Shown here: piece by piece, positions 31,354-40,386 of the stretch
How the letters are laid out: each line of letters begins with the position of its first letter
Numbering within the stretch: the stretch's first letter is position 1
From: Bacteroidota bacterium
GTDB taxonomy: Bacteria > Bacteroidota > Bacteroidia > 2-12-FULL-35-15
Reading direction: 5' to 3'
Length of the DNA: 64,000 nucleotides
Assembly (NCBI GenBank): GCA_023251835.1
Contig: JAHEXZ010000018.1
Location: forward strand, 1,383-65,382
The notes under the pieces: generated by a model
Told to the model about the DNA's origin: nothing
The model's input: only the letters and a program-made list of their open reading frames with translations
Databases searched by the model: none
Made by a program: the position numbers and the translations under genes

Positions 31354-32055
31354 TTATAAATTTTTTAATCTTAAAATAAACGTTTCTTTTGTATATCTAA
31401 TGATTCTGAGCAAAAGTGCTTTATTTCCAACCCCTATATTCCTTTCCCCAAATATAGCAGGAATTTGCAATATTGTATAATTTTTTTTCTGCAAATAAAA
31501 CATTAACCGTATAAAATAATCACCAAACCCCCAAAAGATATCATCAAAGTTTAGCTGCTGAATAACTGTTTTCTTTATTGCATAAAAGCCAAATAAATTC
31601 TCCGTAACTTTTGAGAACAGAATTATTCGAATAAACAGGTTAAAAAACCAACTGGATACAATTCGCGAAATGCTCTCATGTTTTTCGAGAGGCAAATACA
31701 AGAACCTGGAAGCAATCACACAGTCATAATATTTTAAGTTATCTATTAGTATTGGTATATACTTTGGCATATGATTAAAATCGGAATCCATTACCACTAT
31801 TATATCACCTGAGGCCTTTTCGATACCACATCGGATAGACTTAGCGAACCCTCTGTCTGTAGTTCTTAAAACAGGTACAACGTAATCATAATTTTTTTCT
31901 TTAATTGAGTTGTATGTTCCATCAGGGCTGTTGTCATCTACCACCAAAATTTCATGTTCGTAATCCTTTAAAACATCATGGATAAAGGGAACTAATGCCT
32001 GTATATTTTCTTTTTCATTGTAACAGGGGAGTATCACGGATATTCTATTAGCCAT
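31354..32055 (-). CDS. GT2 polyprenyl-phosphate sugar synthase (ArnC/DPM1/GtrB-like)
   Basis: 233 aa; ISVILPCYNE, VVDDNSPDGT, VVMDSDFNH (DxD) characteristic of GT2 dolichyl/undecaprenyl-P glycosyltransferases. Confidence 0.75.
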   Translation of the reverse strand: MANRISVILPCYNEKENIQALVPFIHDVLKDYEHEILVVDDNSPDGTYNSIKEKNYDYVVPVLRTTDRGFAKSIRCGIEKASGDIIVVMDSDFNHMPKYIPILIDNLKYYDCVIASRFLYLPLEKHESISRIVSSWFFNLFIRIILFSKVTENLFGFYAIKKTVIQQLNFDDIFWGFGDYFIRLMFYLQKKNYTILQIPAIFGERNIGVGNKALLLRIIRYTKETFILRLKNL

Positions 32056-32163
32056 AATTAATTAGTTATCTTAATCAAAGCGTAATGTACAAAAAAATGT
32101 AAAACTAAGGAGTGATTTTAGATAATTGAGAAAAGAATTATGAATGCAATCATAAGATTATTT

Positions 32164-33678
32164 TTATTTCAATTTAAAGACTTCCATAATCTTTTCACCA
32201 TTAACATCAATTTTATGTACAGGTGTGCCGATATTATAATCTTTAGGGTGCCATCTGAAATTGGTTATAAAGTAATTAGCAGATTTAATGTCAAAAGTAT
32301 ATTCTAACCGACCTCTTTCTTTAACAGGCATTATACTGAAATTTAACATGGGGGTTAAATCCATATCATTATGATCTGAAGTAATAAATATTTTCGGGGA
32401 CGAATCGTTCGTCAAAATGTATTCTAATCCTTGTTTGTAGGATAATCCCCAATAATCAAGATCGTATTTCTCCCGGATATTGCTTCCCGCCAACAGATTG
32501 AAATATACATTCTGATGCGGGTGGTTCCTAACCATAAAAAATACAGTGAAAATAATGGAAAGGAAAGTTAAAGTGAGGGTAGAATTAATTATAATAACCT
32601 TTTTAATTGTTTGAAGCAATTGAATAAAACCATACACAGCAATAAGTACGAAAAAAGGATACACAAAATAAACATGTCTCCATGAATCATATACTGTGGA
32701 ATGTAGTACAATAACTGCTATAATTGGAGAGGCAAATACGAATAAAAATAGCTGGACAGGGATAGTGCTTCTAAAATTTTTCAATGTGTTTTTCACTATG
32801 TAGGCTATTCCCATAACAAAAATAAATATATAATATAGGGGAGTGGTTATACAAATCCATACGGGCAGATAATGCCATGGAACATTTTGTATCGGAACAA
32901 AATTGCCCATATATAGTGTAGTGCCATTACCGGGGTATTTGCTCATCTGCTTAAGTGCTTCCATAAAATGATACCAAGGGGCTAACCAAAATACAGGCCA
33001 GAAAACAATAACAAACACCACCAGATAAATCAAGAACATAATAAGAGGAATTGTTCTTTTTTTTTTTTGAAAAAAATAAAAATAAATGGTTGCGATTGGT
33101 ATCAATATACCCATAACTCTTATATCTATTGTAAATCCACAGAATATTGAGTGAATAAGAGCGGATAAAACAGTTTGCCTCTCAACAAATAAAAACATGG
33201 TGTAGGTAGAAATAATGCAGAAACAAAGCATCATCAAATCCTTCGAATTATAAAAACCTTCAGCAAATATTCTGGGAGAAACAACCAGCATAACCACACA
33301 GAGTAAAGCTGCAAAATGATATTTAAAAATTTTCAACGCGAGAAAATAAAAAAACAGGGAAGCGATAAAGAATGTTAAAAAAGTAAGTAAATGACGTAAT
33401 AAATAAACGCTCCTTTCATCTGTTACATTGAACATCTTTTCTGCCCCATACAATAAAAGTTCAAACGCTGGTCCATGGTATTTCCCGTCATTTGCAAGCA
33501 AAGCCCGAGAGTTATGGTTCTTTATAAAATTATAGTTAGCCTCTCCAATAACATATCTCTGCACTTCTTCATCTGTCGATATTCCATAATCCGAATAAAT
33601 AAAACAGCCCGTCAGAAAAAAAGTTATAAAAAACACATAAGCAATTTTTTTAAATATGCTGTTGTTTGTATAAATCAT
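32164..33678 (-). CDS. GT-C (ArnT/PMT-like, GT39/83-type) membrane glycosyltransferase family GTC-1 (copy 1)
   Basis: 504 aa; first-loop motif SDYGISTDEEVQRY; 11-12 TM then C-terminal soluble domain; paralog of 38560..40065 (LLRHLLTFLTFFIA / MLRHGICFLTFFIA, YNSKDLMMLCFCIIS / YNSKDLSMLCFCIIS). Confidence 0.7.
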   Translation of the reverse strand: MIYTNNSIFKKIAYVFFITFFLTGCFIYSDYGISTDEEVQRYVIGEANYNFIKNHNSRALLANDGKYHGPAFELLLYGAEKMFNVTDERSVYLLRHLLTFLTFFIASLFFYFLALKIFKYHFAALLCVVMLVVSPRIFAEGFYNSKDLMMLCFCIISTYTMFLFVERQTVLSALIHSIFCGFTIDIRVMGILIPIATIYFYFFQKKKRTIPLIMFLIYLVVFVIVFWPVFWLAPWYHFMEALKQMSKYPGNGTTLYMGNFVPIQNVPWHYLPVWICITTPLYYIFIFVMGIAYIVKNTLKNFRSTIPVQLFLFVFASPIIAVIVLHSTVYDSWRHVYFVYPFFVLIAVYGFIQLLQTIKKVIIINSTLTLTFLSIIFTVFFMVRNHPHQNVYFNLLAGSNIREKYDLDYWGLSYKQGLEYILTNDSSPKIFITSDHNDMDLTPMLNFSIMPVKERGRLEYTFDIKSANYFITNFRWHPKDYNIGTPVHKIDVNGEKIMEVFKLK

Positions 33679-33685
33679 GAAACCT

Positions 33686-34786
33686 CTAATAATTATTTAA
33701 AACCTCTATGACTTTATTCACTTCCTCATCGGTAAGTTCTGCATACATAGGCAAACTCAAACAATGTTCTGCAAGGTATTCCGCATTGGGACAATCTCCT
33801 TTTTTGTAACCCAAATTCTGATATGCTTTTTGCAAATGGCAAGGCACAGGGTAATGCAAAGCCGGATATATGTTATTCTGATTTAAATAACTCATTAGCT
33901 CCTGCCGTTTTTCAGCGGTGATTACAAACAAGTGATAAATAGAATCTGCCCACTCAGGCTGTGCCTGCATTTTAATTTTAGGATTGACTATTTCATTTTG
34001 ATATTGTCTGGCAATATCTTTCCTGCGCTGGTTCCAGCCTTCAAGATATTTCAGCTTAATTTTAAGTGAGGCGCCTTCCAAACCACCCATACGGTAATTA
34101 TAACCAATTTCATCATGAAAATACCTTACCTGAGAGCCGTGATTCCTCAGGCTTTGCAGGTGTTTATAATATTCTTCGTTATTGGTTGTAACTCCTCCCG
34201 CCTCTCCACACGCCCCCAGGTTTTTCCCCGGATAAAAGCTAAAGCAGGCCATTTCGCCAAAACCTCCAACCATACCCCCTTTATATCTTGTTCCCTGGGC
34301 TTGTGCAGCATCTTCTATTAAATACAAACCATTCTTTTTAGCTATGGCTACAACTCCGTCAATATCAAAGGGCTGTCCGTAAAGATGAACTCCTATTATT
34401 GCTTTTGTTCTGGAAGTAATTTCCCGCTCTATTTTAGCAATATCTATCTGCCAGGTATCAGGAGTACAATCCACAAAAACAGGGGTTGCACGGGTGTATG
34501 AAACACCCCATGCCGTGGCAATAAATGTATTAGCAGGCAGTATCACCTCGTCTCCTGCTCCAATTTCTAAAGCCAGCATCGCTATATGAAGGGCGCTTGT
34601 GCCATTGTTTAAGCCTACCGCATATTTTGTTCCGCAAAACGCAGCAAAATCCTTCTCAAACATTTCCACAAAAGGCCCTCCTGAAAAAGCTGTATTTTCA
34701 TACACTTTTTCAAATGCTTCAAAAATCTCTTTCTTGACTTGTTGATGCTGCCCTTTTAAATCCAGACAGTTAATTTTTTCAGACAT
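33686..34786 (-). CDS. DegT-family aminotransferase, WbpE/WlbC-like (UDP-3-keto sugar aminotransferase)
   Basis: 366 aa; LNNGTSALHIAMLAL, DEVILPANTF, FYPGKNLGACGEAG lysine region. Confidence 0.8.
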   Translation of the reverse strand: MSEKINCLDLKGQHQQVKKEIFEAFEKVYENTAFSGGPFVEMFEKDFAAFCGTKYAVGLNNGTSALHIAMLALEIGAGDEVILPANTFIATAWGVSYTRATPVFVDCTPDTWQIDIAKIEREITSRTKAIIGVHLYGQPFDIDGVVAIAKKNGLYLIEDAAQAQGTRYKGGMVGGFGEMACFSFYPGKNLGACGEAGGVTTNNEEYYKHLQSLRNHGSQVRYFHDEIGYNYRMGGLEGASLKIKLKYLEGWNQRRKDIARQYQNEIVNPKIKMQAQPEWADSIYHLFVITAEKRQELMSYLNQNNIYPALHYPVPCHLQKAYQNLGYKKGDCPNAEYLAEHCLSLPMYAELTDEEVNKVIEVLNNY

Positions 34787-34794
34787 TTAATTTT

Positions 34795-35280
34795 TTATTT
34801 TTTTATCGCCCTCGCAGGGTTACCGGCAACAATTGAATTTGCAGGCACATCCTTTGTTACTACTGCCCCGGCACCTACCAATGAATTTTCACCAATAGTA
34901 ATCCCGCATAGTATGGTAGCATTGCTGCCAATAGATGATCCTTTTTTCACATACGTTTCTATCAGTTTCCAGTCTGCATCTGTTTGAACAGAGCCATCCG
35001 GATTAGTGGCTCTCGGGAACAAATCATTTGTGAACATTACACCGTGTCCAATAAAACAGTTATCCTCTATATGTACACCTTCACAAATAAACGTATGGCT
35101 GGAAATCTTACAATTTTTTCCAATTGATGCACCTTTTTGTATCTCAACGAAAGCCCCCACCTTTGAGTTATCGTCAATAGAACAACCATAAGCATTCACA
35201 AAGTTGAAAATTTTTACATTGTTTCCAATCTTTACATTGTTTAATGACTGTTTATCATTTGTTACAGTAATTACTTCCAT
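34795..35280 (-). CDS. left-handed beta-helix (hexapeptide) N-acetyltransferase, WbpD/WlbB-like
   Basis: 161 aa; hexapeptide repeats [31 protein letters not shown] ... [25 protein letters not shown]. Confidence 0.75.
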   Translation of the reverse strand: MEVITVTNDKQSLNNVKIGNNVKIFNFVNAYGCSIDDNSKVGAFVEIQKGASIGKNCKISSHTFICEGVHIEDNCFIGHGVMFTNDLFPRATNPDGSVQTDADWKLIETYVKKGSSIGSNATILCGITIGENSLVGAGAVVTKDVPANSIVAGNPARAIKK

Positions 35281-35288
35281 GATCAGAG

Positions 35289-36290
35289 CTACAATAGAAT
35301 TTCTTTTCCTTTTTGTTTAATTGATTGTTGTGCACCTTCCAGAATTTTAACAACCTCGAGTCCCAGGTTAAAATCGGATACTGGCTTTGTGTTTTTGGTA
35401 ACAGCGCAGATAAAGTCTGAAGCCATATACGACAGTGCCTCATTATTCTGTATTTTAGGAATATATATATCTCCCACACGATAATCAACTAGTATACGAT
35501 GTTTCTCTTCATCTGTTTTCACCATATAACCAGTATCGTATACTTTTAGTTTTTCCGTAGGTTCCATATCATTAAATACGATCATCTTTTTATCACCACC
35601 AACTAAAGTCATACGTATTTTCACCGGAGAAGCCCAAGAACAGTTAAAATGCGCAATCATACCGGATTCGAAGTTAACTGTCATGTATGCTATATTTTCT
35701 ATCCCATTATTGGTATGCGATATTCCTGTAGCATTTATACTGTATGGTTTTTCAGGAATCAAATGGGCGAGTATGGAAATATCGTGCGGGGCTAAATCCC
35801 ACAGCACATTTACATCCTGCTGAAAAAGGCCAAGATTGATACGTGTAGAATCAAAGTAGTTTACTTTTCCTATATCTCCATTACTTACAAGTTGCTTCAT
35901 CTTTTGAATAGCACCTGTATAAAGGAAAGTATGGTCTACCATTAATACTTTATTTTTAGCATTTGCTATTTCAATTAATTTTTCAGCTTCAGCACCCGAA
36001 GCGGTCATAGGTTTTTCAATTAACACATGCTTATTACTGACAAGTGCTTTATAGGCAAGCTCGTAATGTGAAAATACAGGTGTAGCAATAACAACGGCAC
36101 TAATAGTGGCATCATTAAAAATATCATCTGCATTGGTTGTGGTTTTTACAAATGAATAATTTTTTTTAATACTATTCAACCGTTCTGGTCTATAATCGGC
36201 CACAACTTCCACTTTACAGTTATCAAAAGCCGAAAAATTTCTCAGAAGATTAGGTCCCCAGTAACCAAAGCCAACTATGCCAATTTTCAT
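35289..36290 (-). CDS. Gfo/Idh/MocA-family NAD-dependent oxidoreductase, WbpB-like (UDP-sugar 3-dehydrogenase)
   Basis: 333 aa; [14 protein letters not shown] Rossmann start, family-typical EKP motif (LIEKPMT). Confidence 0.75.
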   Translation of the reverse strand: MKIGIVGFGYWGPNLLRNFSAFDNCKVEVVADYRPERLNSIKKNYSFVKTTTNADDIFNDATISAVVIATPVFSHYELAYKALVSNKHVLIEKPMTASGAEAEKLIEIANAKNKVLMVDHTFLYTGAIQKMKQLVSNGDIGKVNYFDSTRINLGLFQQDVNVLWDLAPHDISILAHLIPEKPYSINATGISHTNNGIENIAYMTVNFESGMIAHFNCSWASPVKIRMTLVGGDKKMIVFNDMEPTEKLKVYDTGYMVKTDEEKHRILVDYRVGDIYIPKIQNNEALSYMASDFICAVTKNTKPVSDFNLGLEVVKILEGAQQSIKQKGKEILL

Positions 36291-36428
36291 TTCAAAAATA
36301 AAATATCAAAAACGTACAAAAATAAGCAAATAACCTCCTTCTCAAAATATTATTTTAAGGCAACCCGTTATGTTTTATTTTAAAGAGTTGTCGGTTAAAT
36401 ACTGTTCTGATATCTGTATCCTGTAGTT

Positions 36429-36481
36429 TATACTTCGGCTGAATGAGTTTGCAAAAACCAGCAAACTCGTTCGCTCAGTAT
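36429..36481. repeat. 53-nt palindromic intergenic repeat, copy 2
   Basis: TATACTTCGGCTGAATGAGTTTGCAAAAACCAGCAAACTCGTTCGCTCAGTAT in the divergent region between the WbpB-like operon and the plus-strand GT2 gene. Confidence 0.8.
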
Positions 36482-36553
36482 ATAAATTGTTTTGACTTTA
36501 TATTGTTATAAAATAATGAAACTTCAATATTGAATTTTCTTTATATTTAGCAT

Positions 36554-37273
36554 ATGCAAAGCTGGTCGATTATTATCTTTTGTTATAATGAAAAGGGGAA
36601 TGTGGCTCATGTGATACGTGATTGTGTATCCGTTATACGGGCTATTGGAAGCAAGGAAAGGGAAATCATAATTGTTGATGACGGAAGTACCGATGGTTCA
36701 GTTAATGAGATAGAGAATGAAATCATAAAATTTCCCGGGGAAGCTTTTAAGCTGATAAAACATTCTACGAACCTTGGTATAGGTATGGCACTGCGCAGTG
36801 GGTATCAAAATGCGGTATATGAGAATGTGTGTGCAGTTCCTGCCGATAGGCAATTTAATGTTACGGAGTTGCTCCCTTTTTCTGAAATTGAGCAGGAAAC
36901 TTTTGTTTGTTTCTATAGAAAAGAAAACCAAAGTTATTCCCTGCTGCGTAATATCCTTTCTTTATTTAACAAACAATTCAATAAGTTGCTGCTTGGAATA
37001 TCCTTTAAGGATATAAACTGGGTAAAGATATATAAATCTGCTTCTTTGAAAAAACTTGATTTAAAACTGGAAAGTTCACTTATTGAAACTGAGATATGTG
37101 CCAAACTTGTTGCCATTGGAAACAGATTTATGGAGATGCCGTCTATCTATTTACCCCGGAATAATGGAGTTAGTAAAGGTGCTTCCTGGAAAATCGTAAG
37201 AAAAGCGATAACAGAAATGCTTAAAGTATACTTTGCGGTCAGAGTATTTAAATCAAAAATTAAAAAACACTAA
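36554..37273 (+). CDS. second GT2 polyprenyl-phosphate sugar synthase (ArnC/DPM1-like)
   Basis: 239 aa; IIIFCYNEKGN, IIVDDGSTDGS, and an Asp in AVPADRQFN in place of the canonical DxD; divergent from the long minus operon. Confidence 0.7.
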   Translation: MQSWSIIIFCYNEKGNVAHVIRDCVSVIRAIGSKEREIIIVDDGSTDGSVNEIENEIIKFPGEAFKLIKHSTNLGIGMALRSGYQNAVYENVCAVPADRQFNVTELLPFSEIEQETFVCFYRKENQSYSLLRNILSLFNKQFNKLLLGISFKDINWVKIYKSASLKKLDLKLESSLIETEICAKLVAIGNRFMEMPSIYLPRNNGVSKGASWKIVRKAITEMLKVYFAVRVFKSKIKKH

Positions 37274-37276
37274 AAT

Positions 37277-38515
37277 TTATATTACTTCCCTGCCGGTTTT
37301 GACCTTAAAATAATTCAGAAAATAACTAAAGGTTAATGCATACAGAAACACCCACACAGGAAGAGCTGTAATAATCAGTCTGTCACCTTCACCAAAAGAA
37401 ACTGGACTTGTAAGAAAGATATAATAAGCCAGTATGTAGCAGAAAATAGTCAATATAAAGTAAGACATTTCTCTTTGCTTGTAAAGCAGAAACAATATGA
37501 CTATAAGTGGTAAAATAAAAATAAGATGCAGCCAATAATAAAACGTGTTAAGAATATCCATATAACGAACATATTGAGGATATATAAATTGCCTTGTTCC
37601 AAGTAGAAAACCTGGAAAAGCATTCATATTTGTTTTTAAATTCTGCAGGTAAATATCAATATACACAGACTTGTTTGCAATCAGGTATTCCCTCACTTCC
37701 GAGGTGGAAAAATTAATTGTTTTTTTTCTTGCTTCCTCCAGGCTGCTATTTTCAATTTGTATTACTCCCTGTGCAAGGATATAATTTCTATATGTTTCCG
37801 TACTAATGCTGGATATGGAAAAAGTATTGTATTTAATTTTCATTAATGTTATTTGGAATAGTAGGGGAATTATAACAAACACAAGTATTACAATACTTTT
37901 GGGAGTTTGAAAATATTTCTTCAGATAAAAAAAAGGTAATATAATAAAGAGCATCAATATAAGAGGAAGTATGAATACCGGCTTTAGAACAGTTAATAAT
38001 ACCAAGATAAACAAAGAGCCATGAAAAAATTTTAGCCCCGATGCATCTTTGAAATTATGTGTTATAAAATAAACAAGAACTGACATAAATAACAGTGCTG
38101 TAACTTCAGTAAGGCATTGCATGGTCAACCCAAAGTATGAAAAGTTAAGCGCCATCAGTAGCCCGGAAACATAACTTAGTGCCCTATTCCGGGTTACCCG
38201 TTTTACCGAAAAAAAAATCAGGTTGATAGAAATAAGCCAAAAGAGTAGTTGCATCATCCATAGGGCAGTAGCACCAAAAGATTTATAAACCAACAGAATA
38301 ATCAAAGGGTATAAGAAAGGACGTATATACGAATAGCCTGTTTCGGAAAATTTGTAAAACTCATCACTGGTATTCAGATATGTAATAGAATCTATTGTAG
38401 TGAATAGTATTCCTCCGTTAATATTAATATGAAGGCTGGAGAAAAAAACAAAATAGATAATAAGCAATAAATAATTGAGCAGATAAATATCAATGTATTT
38501 TTTAAAATGCCCCAT
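37277..38515 (-). CDS. multi-pass membrane protein family M2 (copy 2)
   Basis: 412 aa; paralog of 22218..23450 along the full length. Confidence 0.65.
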   Translation of the reverse strand: MGHFKKYIDIYLLNYLLLIIYFVFFSSLHININGGILFTTIDSITYLNTSDEFYKFSETGYSYIRPFLYPLIILLVYKSFGATALWMMQLLFWLISINLIFFSVKRVTRNRALSYVSGLLMALNFSYFGLTMQCLTEVTALLFMSVLVYFITHNFKDASGLKFFHGSLFILVLLTVLKPVFILPLILMLFIILPFFYLKKYFQTPKSIVILVFVIIPLLFQITLMKIKYNTFSISSISTETYRNYILAQGVIQIENSSLEEARKKTINFSTSEVREYLIANKSVYIDIYLQNLKTNMNAFPGFLLGTRQFIYPQYVRYMDILNTFYYWLHLIFILPLIVILFLLYKQREMSYFILTIFCYILAYYIFLTSPVSFGEGDRLIITALPVWVFLYALTFSYFLNYFKVKTGREVI

Positions 38516-38559
38516 AAATATTCAATTGCTGCTTTTATTCCTATAAGTTTAAAATTAAC

Positions 38560-40065
38560 TTATCGTAGTTTAAATGCTTCCATGATTTTTTCTCCCCTTA
38601 CTTGTATCTGAAATACCGAATTTGGAATATCGTAATCCTGGGGATGGTTCCTGAAATTTGTAATAAAATAGTTGCCCGAATTAATGTCTTTATCTTTTAC
38701 CAGACGCATCCTGTCTTCTGCCGGTATACAATAAAAATTCAGATAACCAGGCAGATTTGCAGCCGTTATGTGTATCTGGTCAGATTTATCATGCGCTAAT
38801 ATATATTCCAGTGCCTGTTTATAAGATAGTCCCCAATATTCCATTTCAAATCTTTGCCGGAGATTATTTCCGGCAAGAACGTTAAAATAGACATTCTGAA
38901 ATGGATGTATGCCAATCATTACTATTATGGTATATGCCATTGATAATACTGTTATTACAACAATAAGTTTTTTAATCATCATGTTTTTTATAATCTGAAA
39001 AACCTGACTAAAGCCATATACAGCAATAATTAGAAAAAAAGGATAAATAAAAAACACATGCCGCCATCCATCATAAAGAGAAGAATTTAAAACTATTATG
39101 GCAACAACGGGAGTAAAAAGCATAAATAAAACAGAATGGAGCATAAAGGTGCTTTTAAAACTTGCAAAAGAATTTTTTATAACAAAAAACAAACCTGTTA
39201 TAAATAGCACAGAGTATACCACAGGCGTTGTTATGCCAATCCATGCCGGTATATAATGCCAGGGCAAATCTGCTGCAGGGACACTTTGTCCAAAATATAA
39301 ATTTGTAGAGCCTTTCACCGGATAGTTGCTCATTTGTTTAAAGGCTTCAATAAAATTTTGTACCGGGTCGAGCCAAAGTACTGGCCAGAAAGCCATGATA
39401 AAAAACAGCGAGTAAGCAATAAACACCAACAACGGAATTATTTTTCTCTCTTTTTGTAAAAAGAAAAAATATACAGTTGCGATCGGCAATAAAATAGCCA
39501 TTATTCTTATATCAACTGCAAAACCACAAAGCAAAGCATGGATAAAAGCACTGAAGATGGTTTGTTTTTCAATAAATAAATACATAGTATATGCTGAAAT
39601 AATACAAAAGCACAGCATAGATAAGTCTTTTGAATTATAAAAGCTGTCAGCAAATATTCGCGGTGATAAAACAAGCATCAGGCAGCCTAATAAGGAAAGA
39701 GCATGCCTCTTAAAAATTTTTAAACATAAAAAATAAAAACACAGAACGGCTATAAAGAAGGTTAAAAAGCATATTCCATGACGCAGCATAAAAATATGCC
39801 GGGCATCTGTTAAATCAAAAAGTTTTTCAGCAGCAAATAAAACAATTTCATAAGAGGGGCCATAATATCTGTGAAAATTTGAAAGTAACTCGGCTGAGTT
39901 TCCTGTTCTTATATAATTATAATTTAAGGCTCCTATTTGTGTCCATTGCACCCCTTCATCCCAATAGATTCCATAATCTGTAAAAATAAAACAAGCAACA
40001 GTAAACAAACAAATGAAAAAAATGAGAGCAGCGCGCTTAAAAAAAAGTTCTTCTTTGTTAAACAT
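38560..40065 (-). CDS. GT-C (ArnT/PMT-like) membrane glycosyltransferase family GTC-1 (copy 2)
   Basis: 501 aa; TDYGIYWDEGVQW first-loop motif; paralog of 32164..33678 including C-terminal domain (EKIMEAFKLR / EKIMEVFKLK). Confidence 0.7.
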   Translation of the reverse strand: MFNKEELFFKRAALIFFICLFTVACFIFTDYGIYWDEGVQWTQIGALNYNYIRTGNSAELLSNFHRYYGPSYEIVLFAAEKLFDLTDARHIFMLRHGICFLTFFIAVLCFYFLCLKIFKRHALSLLGCLMLVLSPRIFADSFYNSKDLSMLCFCIISAYTMYLFIEKQTIFSAFIHALLCGFAVDIRIMAILLPIATVYFFFLQKERKIIPLLVFIAYSLFFIMAFWPVLWLDPVQNFIEAFKQMSNYPVKGSTNLYFGQSVPAADLPWHYIPAWIGITTPVVYSVLFITGLFFVIKNSFASFKSTFMLHSVLFMLFTPVVAIIVLNSSLYDGWRHVFFIYPFFLIIAVYGFSQVFQIIKNMMIKKLIVVITVLSMAYTIIVMIGIHPFQNVYFNVLAGNNLRQRFEMEYWGLSYKQALEYILAHDKSDQIHITAANLPGYLNFYCIPAEDRMRLVKDKDINSGNYFITNFRNHPQDYDIPNSVFQIQVRGEKIMEAFKLR

Positions 40066-40236
40066 TATTTCATTTACATTATCTTAAAGACTAACCATCC
40101 CCAAAATTGATTATTTATACGACCAAGGGTACAAAAATATTTAATTTGATTGCAGGGCTAAAGTCCAATGTTTTTTTCGCTTTTAATTCAACCCAGAGTT
40201 CTCATTATTTACCGAAACAATTTCTATTGAAAAATT

Positions 40237-40262
40237 AAATCCCGAAGGTTTCTTCGGGATTT
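40237..40262 (-). terminator. intrinsic terminator-like hairpin (11-bp perfect stem, 4-nt loop) followed by TTTTT on the minus strand
   Basis: AAATCCCGAAG-GTTT-CTTCGGGATTT. The minus-strand downstream sequence is AATTTTTCAATA. It sits between the TPR gene stop (40387) and the start of the GTC-1 gene (40065). Confidence 0.55.
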
Positions 40263-40386
40263 AACAGTACAGCCAGACTAAACAGGCTTACATACAAATG
40301 AGTTCATTGGCTTAGCGTCTTTACTTTGGCAAATCTGCCAAAATTTAAGATAATATCTTTTATACTTGTTGAAAACTGAAACAAAG

